A stretch of DNA of 63,936 nt, counting the filler, from Chiloscyllium plagiosum (Eukaryota), in NCBI RefSeq assembly GCF_004010195.1. It is 4 parts of one record of this genome, joined end to end, with 100 filler letters (N's around TTAATTAATTAA, not from the genome) between each part and the next. Parts side by side here need not be neighbours in the genome. Positions count along the whole stretch, not along the records: positions 1 to 26,140 come from NC_057712.1; 3 more parts are not named here. One strand, given 5' to 3'. The notes under the pieces are model-generated. The model saw only the letters and a program-made list of their open reading frames with translations. It was not told the origin of the DNA and searched no databases. Below, one piece after another: positions 1 through 12,264 of the stretch; the stretch's first letter is position 1; each line of letters opens with the position of its first letter. The translations under genes and the position numbers were made by a program.

Positions 1-369
1 CCTTCACACTGTGCTCACTCTCCCTCCACGCTGGGCCTCCCCCCCAGAAGGAAGGAAAAACCATGAAAGTGGACATTTGGCCCCACACGCTGTGCTGTTC
101 CTCCACCGCCAGCTTGGAGAGAATTGATCATTAGCCTTGGCAGATCTTTGGGAGAACTGGTTCTGATATCCTCTCCCCTTTGTGTCAGCAAGTGCTTCTG
201 ATATTCGCTTCAAACCATTGACCTTTAATTTGAAGGTTATGGTCCTGGTGAGTCCATGCTGTGTGGCCTCCTGTCTGGGCCAACACTGCAATTCTCTCCT
301 TAAACCTCTAGCATCTCCTTAGGGTTGCTCCAACAGAGACACAGCTTCAGTTGGGGCTTCTCCAGCAGA

Positions 370-569
370 AAGTGAGGGCTGCAGATGCTGGAGATCAGAG
401 CTGAAAATGTGTTGCTGGAAAAGCGCAGCAGGTCAGGCAGCATCTTTGGAGCAGGAGAATCGACGTTTCGGGCATAGATTCCTGAAGAAGGGCTCATGCC
501 CGGAACGTCGATTCTCCTGTTCCTTGGATGCTGCCTGACTTGCTGCACTTTTCCAGCAACACATTTTCA
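370..569. mobile_element. Fold-back Penelope-like terminal repeat insertion with degenerate hammerhead motif
   Basis: About 400-477 is the reverse complement of about 497-572. CTGAAGA-A-GGGC-TCAT-GCCC-GGAACGTC at 482-509. Flanking direct repeat GCTTCTCCAGCAGA at 356-369 and 570-583. Confidence 0.8.
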
Positions 570-751
570 GCTTCTCCAGCAGAGCCTGTCGAAATACCAG
601 CTCGCTGACGGCATGTGCACCCACTCTGTCAGAAATTTCCAGGGCTGTTCCCTTACTCTTGCCAGGAGGAAATGTCCCTACCGCCCGTACTCCCCCACCT
701 CCCTCAACCCCTTTCCCAAACACTGTCACTTGTGTTGGATGAAAGTGAATC

Positions 752-988
752 TTGGTTAATCAGCATCATGGCGTGCATTGCTGGATAATCGAGAGATATG
801 CGATAACCGGCAGCTCTTGGTTAATCGGCATCATGGTGTGCATTGCTGGATAATTGGGAAGTGCTTGAACAACCGGCACTCAGATTACCACTGGTTTCCA
901 GCCACCCGAACGGCCAATCCTCCAAACAAAATACTCCCTACTCAATTCGTTCGGACAATCGAGGCTCCACCGCAAGTTAATTTAAACT
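752..988. mobile_element. Partial Tigger/pogo-like MITE, inverted copy of 1795-2030
   Basis: Reverse complement of about 1795-2030. Ends in TIR-like CGGACAATCGAGGCTCCACCG. Confidence 0.6.
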
Positions 989-1807
989 TGAACTCGCAAT
1001 GTGACTGGGATTGAGTCTGACTCAATGGTGGCCACAGGGAGGGGAGGGAGAGACAGAAAAAGAGTGTGGGTGGAGGGAGAGAGAATGTGGTGGGGAGGGT
1101 GGGAATGTGCGTGTGTATGTGTGCATATATGGTGCAGGGAATTAGATCTGACGAATGAGGCTGGGGCTAGGACTGGAACAGGTCTACAGTGTGAGGCTGG
1201 GTTATTATCTAGTATGGCCTGGAGGGATACCTGACATTAATGGATTTTAATTAATGAAGAGTTAATGAGATGTGTTGGTTAGTAATTAATATGGGGAGCT
1301 AGCAATCTGTGCGTGTGAGTTTTATGAAGTGCATTGAGCTGAAATAAAGTGTGGACATGGACTCTCTTCAAAACCATTTTGTCTGCTCATGCATAACATT
1401 GGTGGCAGAGCACAGTTCAATTAAAGTCTGATGTTTGGGGATATGATTACCTAGCCTTGTCTTTGTGGAAGGAGGAAAGGAAATGTGGACTTTACAATAA
1501 GAGAATGAATCTCAGAAATACTCAGGGTGTATTTCAGGTGTGATTCAAAGTACCATTATTCCATGGACTGTCCTGAATGCTATGAGTATTCAAAACTAAA
1601 CATGAAATGGAAGATTTGGAGTAGGAAGATTGTGACGCAAATCAAAGAGGGAATTGTGGGGGAATCCAAGGTGGCGGCAATTTGAGCAGATCGGCCTTGC
1701 TGAGCTCTGCACCCGGCCCAACAGGAGTTATATTTTTACCTCCCACCCTTATCTTTTCTTCTGATAAAATTGATGTTAAACAGTTGTGAAACTGTTTAAA
1801 TTAATTT

Positions 1808-2131
1808 GTGGTGGAGCCTTGATTGTCCAAATAAATTGGGCAGGGAGTATTTTGTTTGGAGGATTGGCCATTCGGGTGGCCGGAAACAAGCAATAATCTG
1901 AGTGCCGGTTGTTCAAGCACTTCCCAAATATCCAGCAATGCACGCCATAATGCCGATTAATCAAGAGCTGCTGGTTATTGCATATCTCTCGATTATCCTA
2001 CAATGCACACCATAATGCAGGTTAACTGGTAGCTGAATGCTGGATTGCCTGGTACCATTTTTGCAGGGCCTTGAGATCTTGTTCGGATGGTCTTGAATGG
2101 TTGATGTTCGGATAGTTGAGGCTCTACTGTA
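1808..2131. mobile_element. Tigger/pogo-like MITE
   Basis: Imperfect TIRs GTGGAGCCTTGATTGTCC ... GGATAGTTGAGGCTCTACTG followed by TA. Internal repeated ~55-bp unit. Confidence 0.65.
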
Positions 2132-2153
2132 AATTCTTTTTGAGCGAGCAAGG

Positions 2154-2475
2154 ATGACAAAAGGAAAGCGTACAGCCAAACTCCAACACACTGGACACTC
2201 TCCGAAGGCATCAGGCGGGATTGCAACTGCAGATGCAGCTGCAGCTGCCTTGGCAGCCAAGAAAGAAGTACCTGTGCAGCAGAACGTTGCTGAAGAACTC
2301 ATGGTGATCTGAGGGATGATCAAGGAGGTGATGGAAGACAATCGTACTCGGCTGGAGCAGATTTCAGTCATGCTATAAAAACATGAGAAGGAGTTGGAAG
2401 GGCTCAGGAAGCAAGTTGAAGAGGTCGAGCAGTGGACAGTGGCATTGGAGACCGAGGACGCATCCTCGGCGGGAC
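2154..2475 (+). pseudogene. L1-like LINE ORF1 N-terminal coiled-coil fragment
   Basis: MTKGKRTAKLQ...EVMEDNRTRLEQISVML*KHEKELEGLRKQVEEVEQWTVALE: basic N-terminus and heptad repeats with stops. Possible 5' UTR from about 1658. Confidence 0.55.
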
Positions 2476-2610
2476 TTCTACATCTTTCCTATAATGAGGT
2501 GACCAGAACTGAACACAATATTCCAAGTATGGTCAAACCAGGGCTTTATAGAGCTGCAGCATAACCTCACAGCTCTTAAACTCAATCCCCCTGCTAATGA
2601 AAGCCAACGC

Positions 2611-2957
2611 AGTTGTGTTGTGGCCATCACGGAAACGTGGATAGAAGAGGGACAGGAATGGTTGTTGGAGGTTCCTGGTTACAGATGTTTCAGTAAGATT
2701 AGGGAGGGTGGTTAAAAAAGGAGTGGGGGGTGGCGTTGCTAATTAGAAATGGTATAACGGCTGCAGAAAGGCAGTTCGAGGGGGATCTGCCTCTGGAGGT
2801 AGCATGGGCTGAAGTCAGAAATAGGAAAGGTGCAGTCACCTTGTTGGGTGTTTACTATAGGCCCCCCAATAGCAGCAGAGATGTGGAGAAACAGATTGGG
2901 AAACAGATTTTGGAAAGGTGCAGAAGCCACAGGGTAGTAGTCATGGGCGATTTCAAC
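2611..2957 (+). mobile_element. CR1 LINE ORF2 AP-endonuclease fragment
   Basis: VAITETW ... GVALLIR ... LGVYYRPPNS ... VVVMGDFN motifs. Confidence 0.9.
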
Positions 2958-3581
2958 TCTCTATCCCTCCTCACAGACTCTCTGTATGCTGTATCTGGCT
3001 GTACACTAGCTACTCCATCCTCTGATCCATAGCTCCGGTTCCCATCCCCCTGCCAAACTAGTTTTAAACCTCCTGAAGAGCTCTAGCAAACCTCTCGCCC
3101 AGGATATTGGTGCCTCTCAAGTTCAGGTGCGACCCGTCCTTCTTGTACAGGTCCCACCTTCCCCAGAAGGTATCCTAATGATCCACATATCTGAAGCCCT
3201 CCCTCCTACACCAGCCCTGTAGCCATGTGTTCAGTTGCGCACGCTCTCTGTTCCTAGCCTCACTAGCCCGTGGCACCGGTAGCAATCCTGAGATTACTAC
3301 TCTGCTCATCCAGCCTTTTTACTTCCAACCTAACTCCCTATAGTCACTTCTCAGGTCCTCATCCCTTTCCCTAGCAATGTCATGGGTACCACGACTTCTG
3401 GCTACTTTCCCTCCCCTTTAAGAATCCCCAGGACTCTAGAATTGGCATAGGATTGTTATGGAACACATTCCCCCAGACTTCCTTACGAATATAGTGCACC
3501 AAAAAACGGAATTGTTTTATAGAACATGGTGGCCCTTTTTGAGCTATATCGATGCAGGTGTATTGGCCATATTATCTAGAG

Positions 3582-4430
3582 GAGAAAGTGAGGTCTGCAG
3601 ATGCTGGAGATCAGAGCTGAAAATGTGTTGCAGGAAAAGCGCAGGTTGGTTCGTCCGGGTGGCCCAGAGGTGCTTCCTGAATCGCTCCGCAAGTAGGCGG
3701 CCTGTCTCCCCAATATAGAGGAGGCCACACCGGCTGCAGCGGATGCAGTAGATGATGTGGGTGGAGGTGCAGGTGAATCTGTGGCGGATATGGAAGTTTC
3801 CTTTGGGGCCTTGGAGAGAAGTGAGGGGGGAGGTGTGGGCGCAAGTGTTGCACCTCCTGCGGTTGCAAGGGAAGGTGCCGGGAGTGGTGGTTGGGTCGGT
3901 GGGGGGTGTGGATCTGACAAGGGAGTCGCGGAGGTAGTGGTCTCTACGGAAAGCTGATAGGGGAGGGGAGGGAAATATATCCTTGGTGCTGGGTCTGTTT
4001 GGAGGTGGCGGAAGTGACGGCGGATGATGCGCTGTACATGGGGATTGGTGGGGTGGTAGGTGGGGACCAGTGGGGTTCTGTCCTGGTGGCGGTTGGAGGG
4101 GCGGGGCTCAAGGGCGGAGGAGCGGGAAGTGGAAGAGATGCGGTGGAGGGCATCGTCGACCACGTCGGGGGGGAAATTGCGGTCCTTGAAGAAGGAGGAC
4201 ATCTGGGTTGTGCGTTGTACCTGGGTTGTACCTATCACCCTCACCTTGACCTCTTTCCACCTATCACATTTCCGACGCCCCTCCCCCAAGTCCCTCCTCC
4301 CTACCTTTTATCTTAGCCTGCTGGACAAACTTTCCTCATTCCTGAAGAAGGGCTTATGCCCGAAACGTCGATTCTCCTGTTCCCTGGATGCTGTCTGACC
4401 TGCTGCGCTTTTCCAGCAACACATTTTCAG
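3582..4430 (-). mobile_element. Penelope-like retroelement fragment (RT thumb, linker, GIY-YIG endonuclease) with inverted terminal repeat
   Basis: QMSSFFKDRNFPPDVVDDAL...RTPLVPTYHP, then after a frameshift PCNRRRCNTC...IIYCIRCSRCGLLYIGETGR. Inverted pLTR at about 4230-4430. TSD CATATTATCTAGAG at 3568-3581 and 4431-4444. Confidence 0.9.
4339..4372 (+). ncRNA. Minimal type I hammerhead ribozyme motif (Penelope pLTR)
   Basis: uucCUGAAGA-A-GGGC-UUAU-GCCC-GAAACGUC|gau: intact core boxes, stem II, palindromic ACGU stem III, GUC cleavage triplet. Confidence 0.75.
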
Positions 4431-4842
4431 CATATTATCTAGAGCCCTTGTATAGCCGTGGGGATGATGTCTGTCAGTTTGGAGGCGCCTGGGAGGAAAC
4501 ATCCTGTATAAATACGGGTCTGCTTACTATTGCTCCCACTGAGGGGCAGCTACTATAAGAATGCATTGAGTGTTGTAACTTTATTGAATGTAAATTAAAC
4601 TATCTTGTTATGACTTGATATAATTCTGTTTTGGATGTTTATTTATTTATCTTTTCGTTTGTTAGTTATTTATCGTATTATAGTCTTTTTTTATATAGAG
4701 TTTTTTTTCCTGTATTTTACTCTGTGTTTTGGTAGTTTGTAGAGTAGATTAGTAGTCTGTTTTCTTTATTTATATTGTTGTTGCTATTATATTGTGAAGT
4801 GGTTATACTATTTTGTATTAGTTTTGAAATTTTGTAAAAAAA

Positions 4843-5152
4843 ACCCAAAAAACTTTTTTTCTTTAAAAAAAGAATCCTGTAGACTCACTCCAAGATATCC
4901 CTGACCCTGGTGCCTGGGAGGCAACACACAATCCAGGAGTCTTGATTGTGATCACAGAATCTCCTGTCTGTTCCTCTCACCATTGAATCTCCTAACCCAA
5001 AAAACTTTTTTTCTTTTCATAAAAAAAAAGAATCCTGTAGACTCACTCCAAGACATCCCTGACCCTGGTGCCTGGGAGGCAACACACCATCCAGGAGTCT
5101 TGATTGTGATCACAGAATCTCCTGTCTGTTCCTCTCACCATCGAATCTCCTA
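4843..5152. repeat. Tandem duplication of ~150 bp across the L1 tail / CR1 ORF1 junction
   Basis: ACCCAAAAAACTTTTTT...GAATCTCCTA at about 4843-4994, repeated at about 4996-5152. Confidence 0.85.
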
Positions 5153-5219
5153 TCACTATCACTCTCCTATTCTCCTTCCTTCCATTCTGAGCCACAGAGC
5201 CAGGTTCAGTGCCAGACCT

Positions 5220-6242
5220 AGAGGTTTGGGTACATAATTCTTTAAAATTTGCATCACAGGTAGATGGCACGGTTATGAAGCCGTTTAGCATGCTTGACTT
5301 CATTGCTCAGACCCTTGAGAAAGGGATTGGGACATTATGTTGAGATTGTACAGGATGTTGATGAGATCTGTCTGGAGTTCTGTGTGCGGTTCCGGCCACC
5401 CTGATATGGGAAGGATATTGTTAAGTGGGAGCGGGTTCGGAAGAGGTTTATCAGGATGTTGTCAGGAATGGAATTTTTGAGTTACAGGAGAGGCTGGATA
5501 GACAGGGAGTACTTTCACTGGAGTGTAGATGATTGAAGGGTGACCTTATGGAGGTTTACCAGCACTGGCACCACCACCGCATGGTGGTTCAGTGGTTAGC
5601 ACTGCTGCCTCACAGCACCAGGGTCCCTGGTTCGATTCCAGACTCTGGCAACTGTCTGTGTGGAGTTTGCACATTCTCCCCGTGTCTGTGTGGGTTTCCT
5701 CCCACAGTCCAAAGATATGCAGGTCAGGTGAATTGGCCATGCTAAATTGCCCATAGTGTTCAGGGATGTGTAGGTTAGGTGCATTAGTCAGGGGTAAATG
5801 TAGAGCAATAGGGTAGGGGAATGGATCTGGGTGGGATACACTTCGAAGGGCTGTTGTGGACTTGTTGGGCTGAAGGGCCTGTTTTCACACTGTAGGGGTT
5901 CTATTTAAAAAATTCTATAAAATCAAAAGGGCCATATTTAAGGTGAATAGCAAGAGTCTTTCCCTAGAGTGGGGGAGTTCAAAACTAGAGGGCATACTTT
6001 TAAGGTGAGAGGAGAAAGTTCTGAAAAGGACATGAGGGGCAACCTTTTTAGACAGAGTGTGGTTTGTGTGTGGAATGAACTGCCAGAGATAGCGGTGGAT
6101 GCGGGTACAGTTACAACATTTAAAAGACATTTGTATGTGAATAGGAAAGGTTTAAAGGGATACAGGCTAAACACAGACCAGTTTAGTTTGGGAACATGGT
6201 TGTGTTGGACTGAAGGGTCTGTTTCCATGTGTATGACTCTAA
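5220..6242 (+). mobile_element. CR1/HER1 LINE 3' fragment split by a SINE
   Basis: Degenerate ORF2 C-terminus (KTRGHTFKVRGE...VWNELP) and 3' tail ending GTATGACTCTA. Confidence 0.8.
5575..5905 (+). mobile_element. HE1-like tRNA-derived V-SINE
   Basis: A-box GTGGTTCAGTGGTTAGC, B-box GGTTCGATTCC, central domain GTGTGGAGTTTGCACATTCTCCCCGTGTCTG, CR1-like tail GGGCTGAAGGGCCTGTTT. Confidence 0.85.
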
Positions 6243-7124
6243 GTAGGACCTCAAAAAAAGATGCAGAGACTACCAAAATGGAGGAAATATGAAATCAAAT
6301 TGGACAGCTATATAAATCCTTCTCCCGAACAAGACCAAGTGGCAGGTNNNNNNNNNNNNNNNNNNNNNNNNNNNNNNNNNNNNNNNNNNNNNNNNNNNNN
6401 NNNNNNNNNNNNNNNNNNNNNNNNNNNNNNNNNNNNNNNNNNNNNNNNNNNNNNNNNNNNNNNNNNNNNNNNNNNNNNNNNNNNNNNNNNNNNNNNNNNN
6501 NNNNNNNNNNNNNNNNNNNNNNNNNNNNNNNNNNNNNNNNNNNNNNNNNNNNNNNNNNNNNNNNNNNNNNNNNNNNNNNNNNNNNNNNNNNNNNNNNNNN
6601 NNNNNNNNNNNNNNNNNNNNNNNNNNNNNNNNNNNNNNNNNNNNNNNNNNNNNNNNNNNNNNNNNNNNNNNNNNNNNNNNNNNNNNNNNNNNNNNNNNNN
6701 NNNNNNNNNNNNNNNNNNNNNNNNNNNNNNNNNNNNNNNNNNNNNNNNNNNNNNNNNNNNNNNNNNNNNNNNNNNNNNNNNNNNNNNNNNNNNNNNNNNN
6801 NNNNNNNNNNNNNNNNNNNNNNNNNNNNNNNNNNNNNNNNNNNNNNNGATGTTCAACAAGACAAATGTGAGAGAGTACAATTTGGTTGGATGGACAGGGA
6901 GGTCACCAATGACCTGGAATGTTTGAGTCTCAGTGAAATAGAAGAACAAAGGGGTCTCGGAGTAGCAATACATGAAATATTGTAAGTTACATCACGGATT
7001 AGCAAGGAGATTAAAACCAAAGCAAGCACTCAGTTTTATTTCCAGAGGGATAGAATTGAAGTCTAGGGGGTTAATACTAAATCTGTACTGACCCTTGGTT
7101 AGACCACAGTTACAGAATCGGGTA

Positions 7125-7513
7125 TGGAAGCTGAGGGGTGACCTTATAGAGGTTTACAAAATTTATATGGGGCATGGATAGGATAAATAGACAAAGTCTT
7201 TTCCCTGGGGTTGGGGAGTACAGAACTAGAGGGCATGGGTTTAGGGTGAGAGGGGAAAGATATAAAAGAGACCTACAGGCAATGTTTTCACACAGAGGGT
7301 GATGGGTATGGAATGAGCTGCCAGAGGATGTGGTAGAGGCTGGTACAATTGCAACATTTAAGAGGCATTTAGATGGATATATGAATAGGAAGGGTTTGGA
7401 GGGATATGGGCCAGGTGCTGGCAGGTGGGACCCAATTGGGTTGGGATATCTGGTCAGCATGGACGGGTTGGACCGAAGGGTCTGTTTCCATGCTGTACAT
7501 CTCTATGACTCTA
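7125..7513 (+). mobile_element. Young CR1/HER1 LINE 3' end
   Basis: CTGAGGGGTGACCTTATAGAGG...CTCTATGACTCTA; near-identical to about 53290-53677. Confidence 0.88.
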
Positions 7514-10149
7514 TTGTAAGGATACAAAGACACTGGAAAGGGCGTACAGAGAAGATTTAGATGGTAGACAAAGAAGAAGAATGAAGGCCTTAATCAGATG
7601 AGCCATGATCTGATAGAATGGCAGTTCAGACGTGAGGGACTGAATGGCCTCCGCCTGGTCCTGAACCTCATGCTGTTATTCTTGTATCTCTGCCAGTTGA
7701 ACATTATATCACAATTCCTTTCAATTTAAATGTGGGGTCAGGTTTAGGTAGCTTCACAGATCAGTCAAGCTTGTTTTATCCAGACTTTGCCAGTGACTTG
7801 GGTTACAATGCTGCTGCTGCTATCTCACTCATCTTCCGCTGCCTCCTGTCCGAGTTACTGACCACAGGGTCACAGGACACAGCTCCATCTGGATTCAGTG
7901 CTGCCAAGGTCACTTGCAGCTCTGCAGCACGCTGACAGCCTACACTGCTGCCTTTGTTATTACTGCCAACATGGCAAAGCATAGATGGGAGCATCCAAAC
8001 TCAGAACCCTGTGTTACTGCCAAATATTGGAGTCAAACCTTTCTTTCTCTATGAGTATCTCTCCCTTCCTGCTCTCCCTCTTTCTGTGACTCACTTTTCC
8101 ACTCCCTCTCTGTATGAGTCCTTGTCTTAGGCAATCTGCCAATCTGTCTCTCTCTGTACCTGGCTCGTGTTCTCTCACTCTCTGCCTTTGCCCAGTCTCT
8201 GATACTCTCTGTCCCCCTGTCTCTGATGTTTATCTCTCTACTTATAGGCTCCTCATTTGTTTCATTTTTCTTCGGCTTTCAATCTGTCTTGGTCTAATTC
8301 CATCCATTGATGTGTTAGGCCCTGTTTGTTCATTTTAAAACTCCCTGATATCTTGCCGTTAGGGAAGGTGGAGGCTTTTTACAGCTTTCTATTCAATCTG
8401 ATTCTATCCAGTCTCTCCTGTCCCCTCATTAACCTGCCAAGTGTACATTTCCCCATCAGAACTAAGCTGTGTAAATGCTGGCCCTTCTCCTCTCACTCTG
8501 ATCCGAAGGGGCTTTCCGAGTGTCTGTGCTGAACCAGTTTCAGAGCATTCTCTCTCCTCTCAATCCTTCTCCCTTCATCTTCTCCTCAAACCCCTCCCAG
8601 AACTTTCTCTCCCTCTCCCCAACCTGGTCTCTCAGAAATGTAAGGAAGAGCCAGGACAACTTGAGAATGGAATTATCTGTCCCACTTGTCTTTTATACAT
8701 CCAAATAGAACTCCAGTATCACCAGACCAGTCACTCGGAATGTTAACTTCCCTTTCCCCGTCTCTTTCCCTTTCTTGCAGCATATGATCTCTCTTGACAC
8801 AAGCTTAACGCTCAGTTATTATTAGCTTTGTTTGAGTCAGCAGTCTCCCCGACACTAATTTGGACTTTGTCTTAATTTTTCTTAATTTTATTAATTTCTA
8901 TTACTAAAATGGTGATTTAAACATTATTTCCTGTTGTTTTATAAATACAAGTGACAATAAATTATGCGTATGGACCGTAAGATCATGGGCACGGTTGATT
9001 CGGACTGGACTGATGACCCACTTGCAGTTGTCCATTACTCTCACGGCTGGGGCTGGAAACCTTTCCTGGGTTACATCACGGAAACCTTTCCTGGGTTTCC
9101 CGGGCACGTTGGCAGGGAGAATGGAGACAAACATCAGTCCAGTCCGAGGGAAACACGGGAGGGAACCCAAAAGGGCTCTCTCACAAGCAAGCGTTCAGTT
9201 TTGTTTCTGCTGCAGTCAGCAGTATAACCAGCAGGAAAGCTAACCCCAAACAGGTATGCATTGATTTCAACTCTTCAAGCTTTCCTTTCCAATGTTGGAT
9301 TGACCGAGTGCCAAGATTCCAATCCATGTATTTCTCAATTGGATCAAGTCCACACAAACCTCTCTGACTGCATTCAACCTGAGAGTAACCATGAACTGAG
9401 ACAGGGCCAACCCCGGGGCAAATGGAAGGGTTAGAAAGAAACTGAGGGGGGTTAAAGGGGAGTGAGGGGGTCNNNNNNNNNNNNNNNNNNNNNNNNNNNN
9501 NNNNNNNNNNNNNNNNNNNNNNNNNNNNNNNNNNNNNNNNNNNNNNNNNNNNNNNNNNNNNNNNNNNNNNNNNNNNNNNNNNNNNNNNNNNNNNNNNNNN
9601 NNNNNNNNNNNNNNNNNNNNNNNNNNNNNNNNNNNNNNNNNNNNNNNNNNNNNNNNNNNNNNNNNNNNNNNNNNNNNNNNNNNNNNNNNNNNNNNNNNNN
9701 NNNNNNNNNNNNNNNNNNNNNNNNNNNNNNNNNNNNNNNNNNNNNNNNNNNNNNNNNNNNNNNNNNNNNNNNNNNNNNNNNNNNNNNNNNNNNNNNNNNN
9801 NNNNNNNNNNNNNNNNNNNNNNNNNNNNNNNNNNGTTGAGAAGTGAGGGAAGTAATGGGGAATTTATACGTGATTGAGGGTGTTGAGAAGAGTGAGGGGG
9901 TTTAGAGGAGGCAAGGGGTTTAAGAGTGAGTGAGGGGAGTGTTTAGGGTAAGTTCAGGCATTACAGAGAGTGAGGGAGTTAACAGGGTGGTCTGAGAGGT
10001 TGAGGGGGCTTGAAAGTGAATTTGAAAAGAGGTTTAAAAACAAGCCCCACAATCTCAAAACTACAAGGAGAGCAAGAAGATAACATAAACAAAACAGTTA
10101 GGTGAGTTAGAAAGTGAGGGGAGGAGGAAGCTCAACAGAATCAGCAGAT

Positions 10150-12025
10150 GAAGCTGACAATGTAGATCAAGAGGTGGACAGTGTGAAATATTGGATGGAA
10201 TAAATATAGTCAGCTGGAATCAAAACCAGGAAGCCCTGATGTCAAGCGACATAAAGTTAGGATTAAGAAAAGTAGAGAAAAGATACTGAGAGCTCAATAT
10301 TACAGAGTCCTTCGTGGATAGTGCATGGAGGAACTTGAAAAGGAGATTAGGAAAACAAAGGCAGTGTATGAGAAAGCATTCACAGGTAGAGTAAGGAAAA
10401 CCCAATGCATTTTTTAAAACATGTAGAAAGAATAAGAGAATAATTGAGGAAGAAGTAGGGCCCATTAGAGACCAGATGTAATTCATGGATAGACCCAGAA
10501 GGTGTGAGCACAGCCCTCAATGAAACACAGAGAGAGAGGTGGCACTGGCAGCTTTAACAGCCTTCTGAGTGGATAAACCTACAGGCTGAGATGAAATGTA
10601 TCCCAGGCTGTTCAGGGAGGAGATAACAGGGCCTTGGCAGTAATTTCCAAATCTGCTCTGGCCACAACTAAGGTGCCAGAGAATTGGAGGGCTCTTAAAG
10701 TTGTTTCCTTATTAAAGTAGGGAGGTTAGGATAGATGAGGAAATGGCAGGTTGGTCAGTCTAACCTCAGAGGTGGCGGAGTTGTTAGAAAGAAGTCTGAG
10801 GGACAGAACATATCTGCACTAGGAGAGACACAGATTAATCAGGATTAGTCAGCATGGATTTGTTAAGGGAAGGTCGTGGGTGACAAATTTGAATATTTTG
10901 AGGAGATTAAACAGGGCTGCAGATAAGTTAATGTATTTAATTTGGTCTGCATGGGTTTTAGCAAGATCTTTGACAAGGTCCTTCATGGCAAAAAAGTAAG
11001 AGCCTAAAGGACCCAAGTCAAATGACATGGCGAATCAAATATTGGCTGGGAGGCAGGAAGCAGAACGTGACATTTCTGCGACTGAAAGTCTTTTCTCACT
11101 GAGTTTTGAATGGTTCAGTGCTGGGGCCCTTGCTGTTTGTGGTGCACATCAATGGGTTGGACTCAAATGTAGGAGCACGATCAGTTTGTGACAGAACAGA
11201 AGTTGTTAACTAGTACGGAAGGTAGCAGTAAACTGCAGGAGGATCCTGGTCAGCTGGGCAAAGAGTTGGCAAGTTGAATTCAACCCTGAAAAGTGTGATG
11301 TAATGCACTTAGGACCAGCTATCAAGGCAAGGGATTGCGCTATGAATGATAGGAAGTTACTGAAAACAGAAGGACTTTAGTGTCCATGTACACAAATCCC
11401 TGAAGGTCACAGAGCAGGTAGATGAGGTGGTTCAGAGGTCATATGGGATATGTGCTTTTATTAGCTGTGGTTTGGAATACAAGAGCAAGGAGATTGTGCT
11501 GGAACTTATTAAATGCTAGTTAGGCCTCAACTGGAATACTGCGTGCATTAATGGTGACCACATTATCGGAAGGATGCGATTTCACTTAACAGGGCACAGA
11601 GGAGGTTTGCCAGATTACTGCCTGAGATGGAGGTCTGAGCTAGGAAGAGAGATTGGGATTGTTTTCCTTTGAGCAATGAAATTTGAGAGGCACCTGCTCG
11701 AGGTATATAAGATTATGAGGGGCAAAGAAGGTACTTGTTTCATGAATAGATGGGTCAGTAACCAGGGGCATATATTTAAGGTTAGAAAAGGTTAGGAGGG
11801 GCTTTGAGGATTTTTTTTTTTATTTAGAGGGTAGTGGGAGCTTGGAACTCACTGCCTGATGGGGTGGTTGAGTTAGAAACTCTTGCAGTACTTAGATATT
11901 CATACGTAGCCTCCAAGACTCTGGGCCAAGAACTGGAAAATGGGATGAGTGTAGTCAGATCATTGTTGACTGGCATGGACACAATGGGCTGAATGGCCAC
12001 CTTCTCTGCTGTAAACACCTCTAAG
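10150..12025 (+). mobile_element. Old degenerate CR1 LINE ORF2 (RT) and 3' UTR
   Basis: AGTCAGCATGGATTTGTTAAGGG, TTTGACAAGGTCC, GGTTCAGTGCTGGGGCCCTTGCTGTTTG, tail GGGCTGAATGGCC. Many stops and indels. Confidence 0.8.
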
Positions 12026-12264
12026 TCCATCAGTGAGATATTAAGGAGTTTGGTGCCTTTGAGAGTGGAGAGTGACCAGGTCCTGGTGAAGTGTATGCCA
12101 GAGGACACTGCAGAGACTCGGACCATCAGAATCCATAGCTCTGTTTGGGGGGGGGAGTGGAACAGGAGGATTGTTAACACTGTTCCCAGGCACGATGGGC
12201 CACAGGGCTGGATGTAGCATTGGCAAACCTTCTCAAGGTCACTGCGTATTGTCATTCAGTAAGG

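Larger units (their letters stand above)
3428..4870 (+). mobile_element. 5'-truncated L1-like LINE (ORF2 C-terminus, T-rich 3' UTR, A-rich tail)
   Basis: MEHIPPDFLTNIVHQKTELFYRTWWPFLSYIDAGVLAILSRALV* once the nested element is removed. A-rich end at about 4837-4870. TSD AAGAATCC at 3420-3427 and 4870-4877. Confidence 0.7.
2958..5215 (-). mobile_element. CR1 LINE ORF1 (SGNH/GDSL esterase) fragment split by an L1 insertion
   Basis: RVIVIGDSMVRGTDRRFC...MVCCLPGTRVRDV at about 5045-5170, continuing as VVISGLLPVPRASEARNR...LNTWLQGWCRREGFRY at about 3060-3425. Confidence 0.85.

Noticed and set aside
5575..5645. tRNA genes here and at about 40025-40090, 48843, 55698 and 56825
   Set aside because: A/B boxes continue into a shared SINE body and LINE-like tail, so these are SINE heads.
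6261..6973. Long ORFs spanning N runs (also 9462-9839, 17869-18876, 46621-47364)
   Set aside because: They are open only because of assembly gaps.
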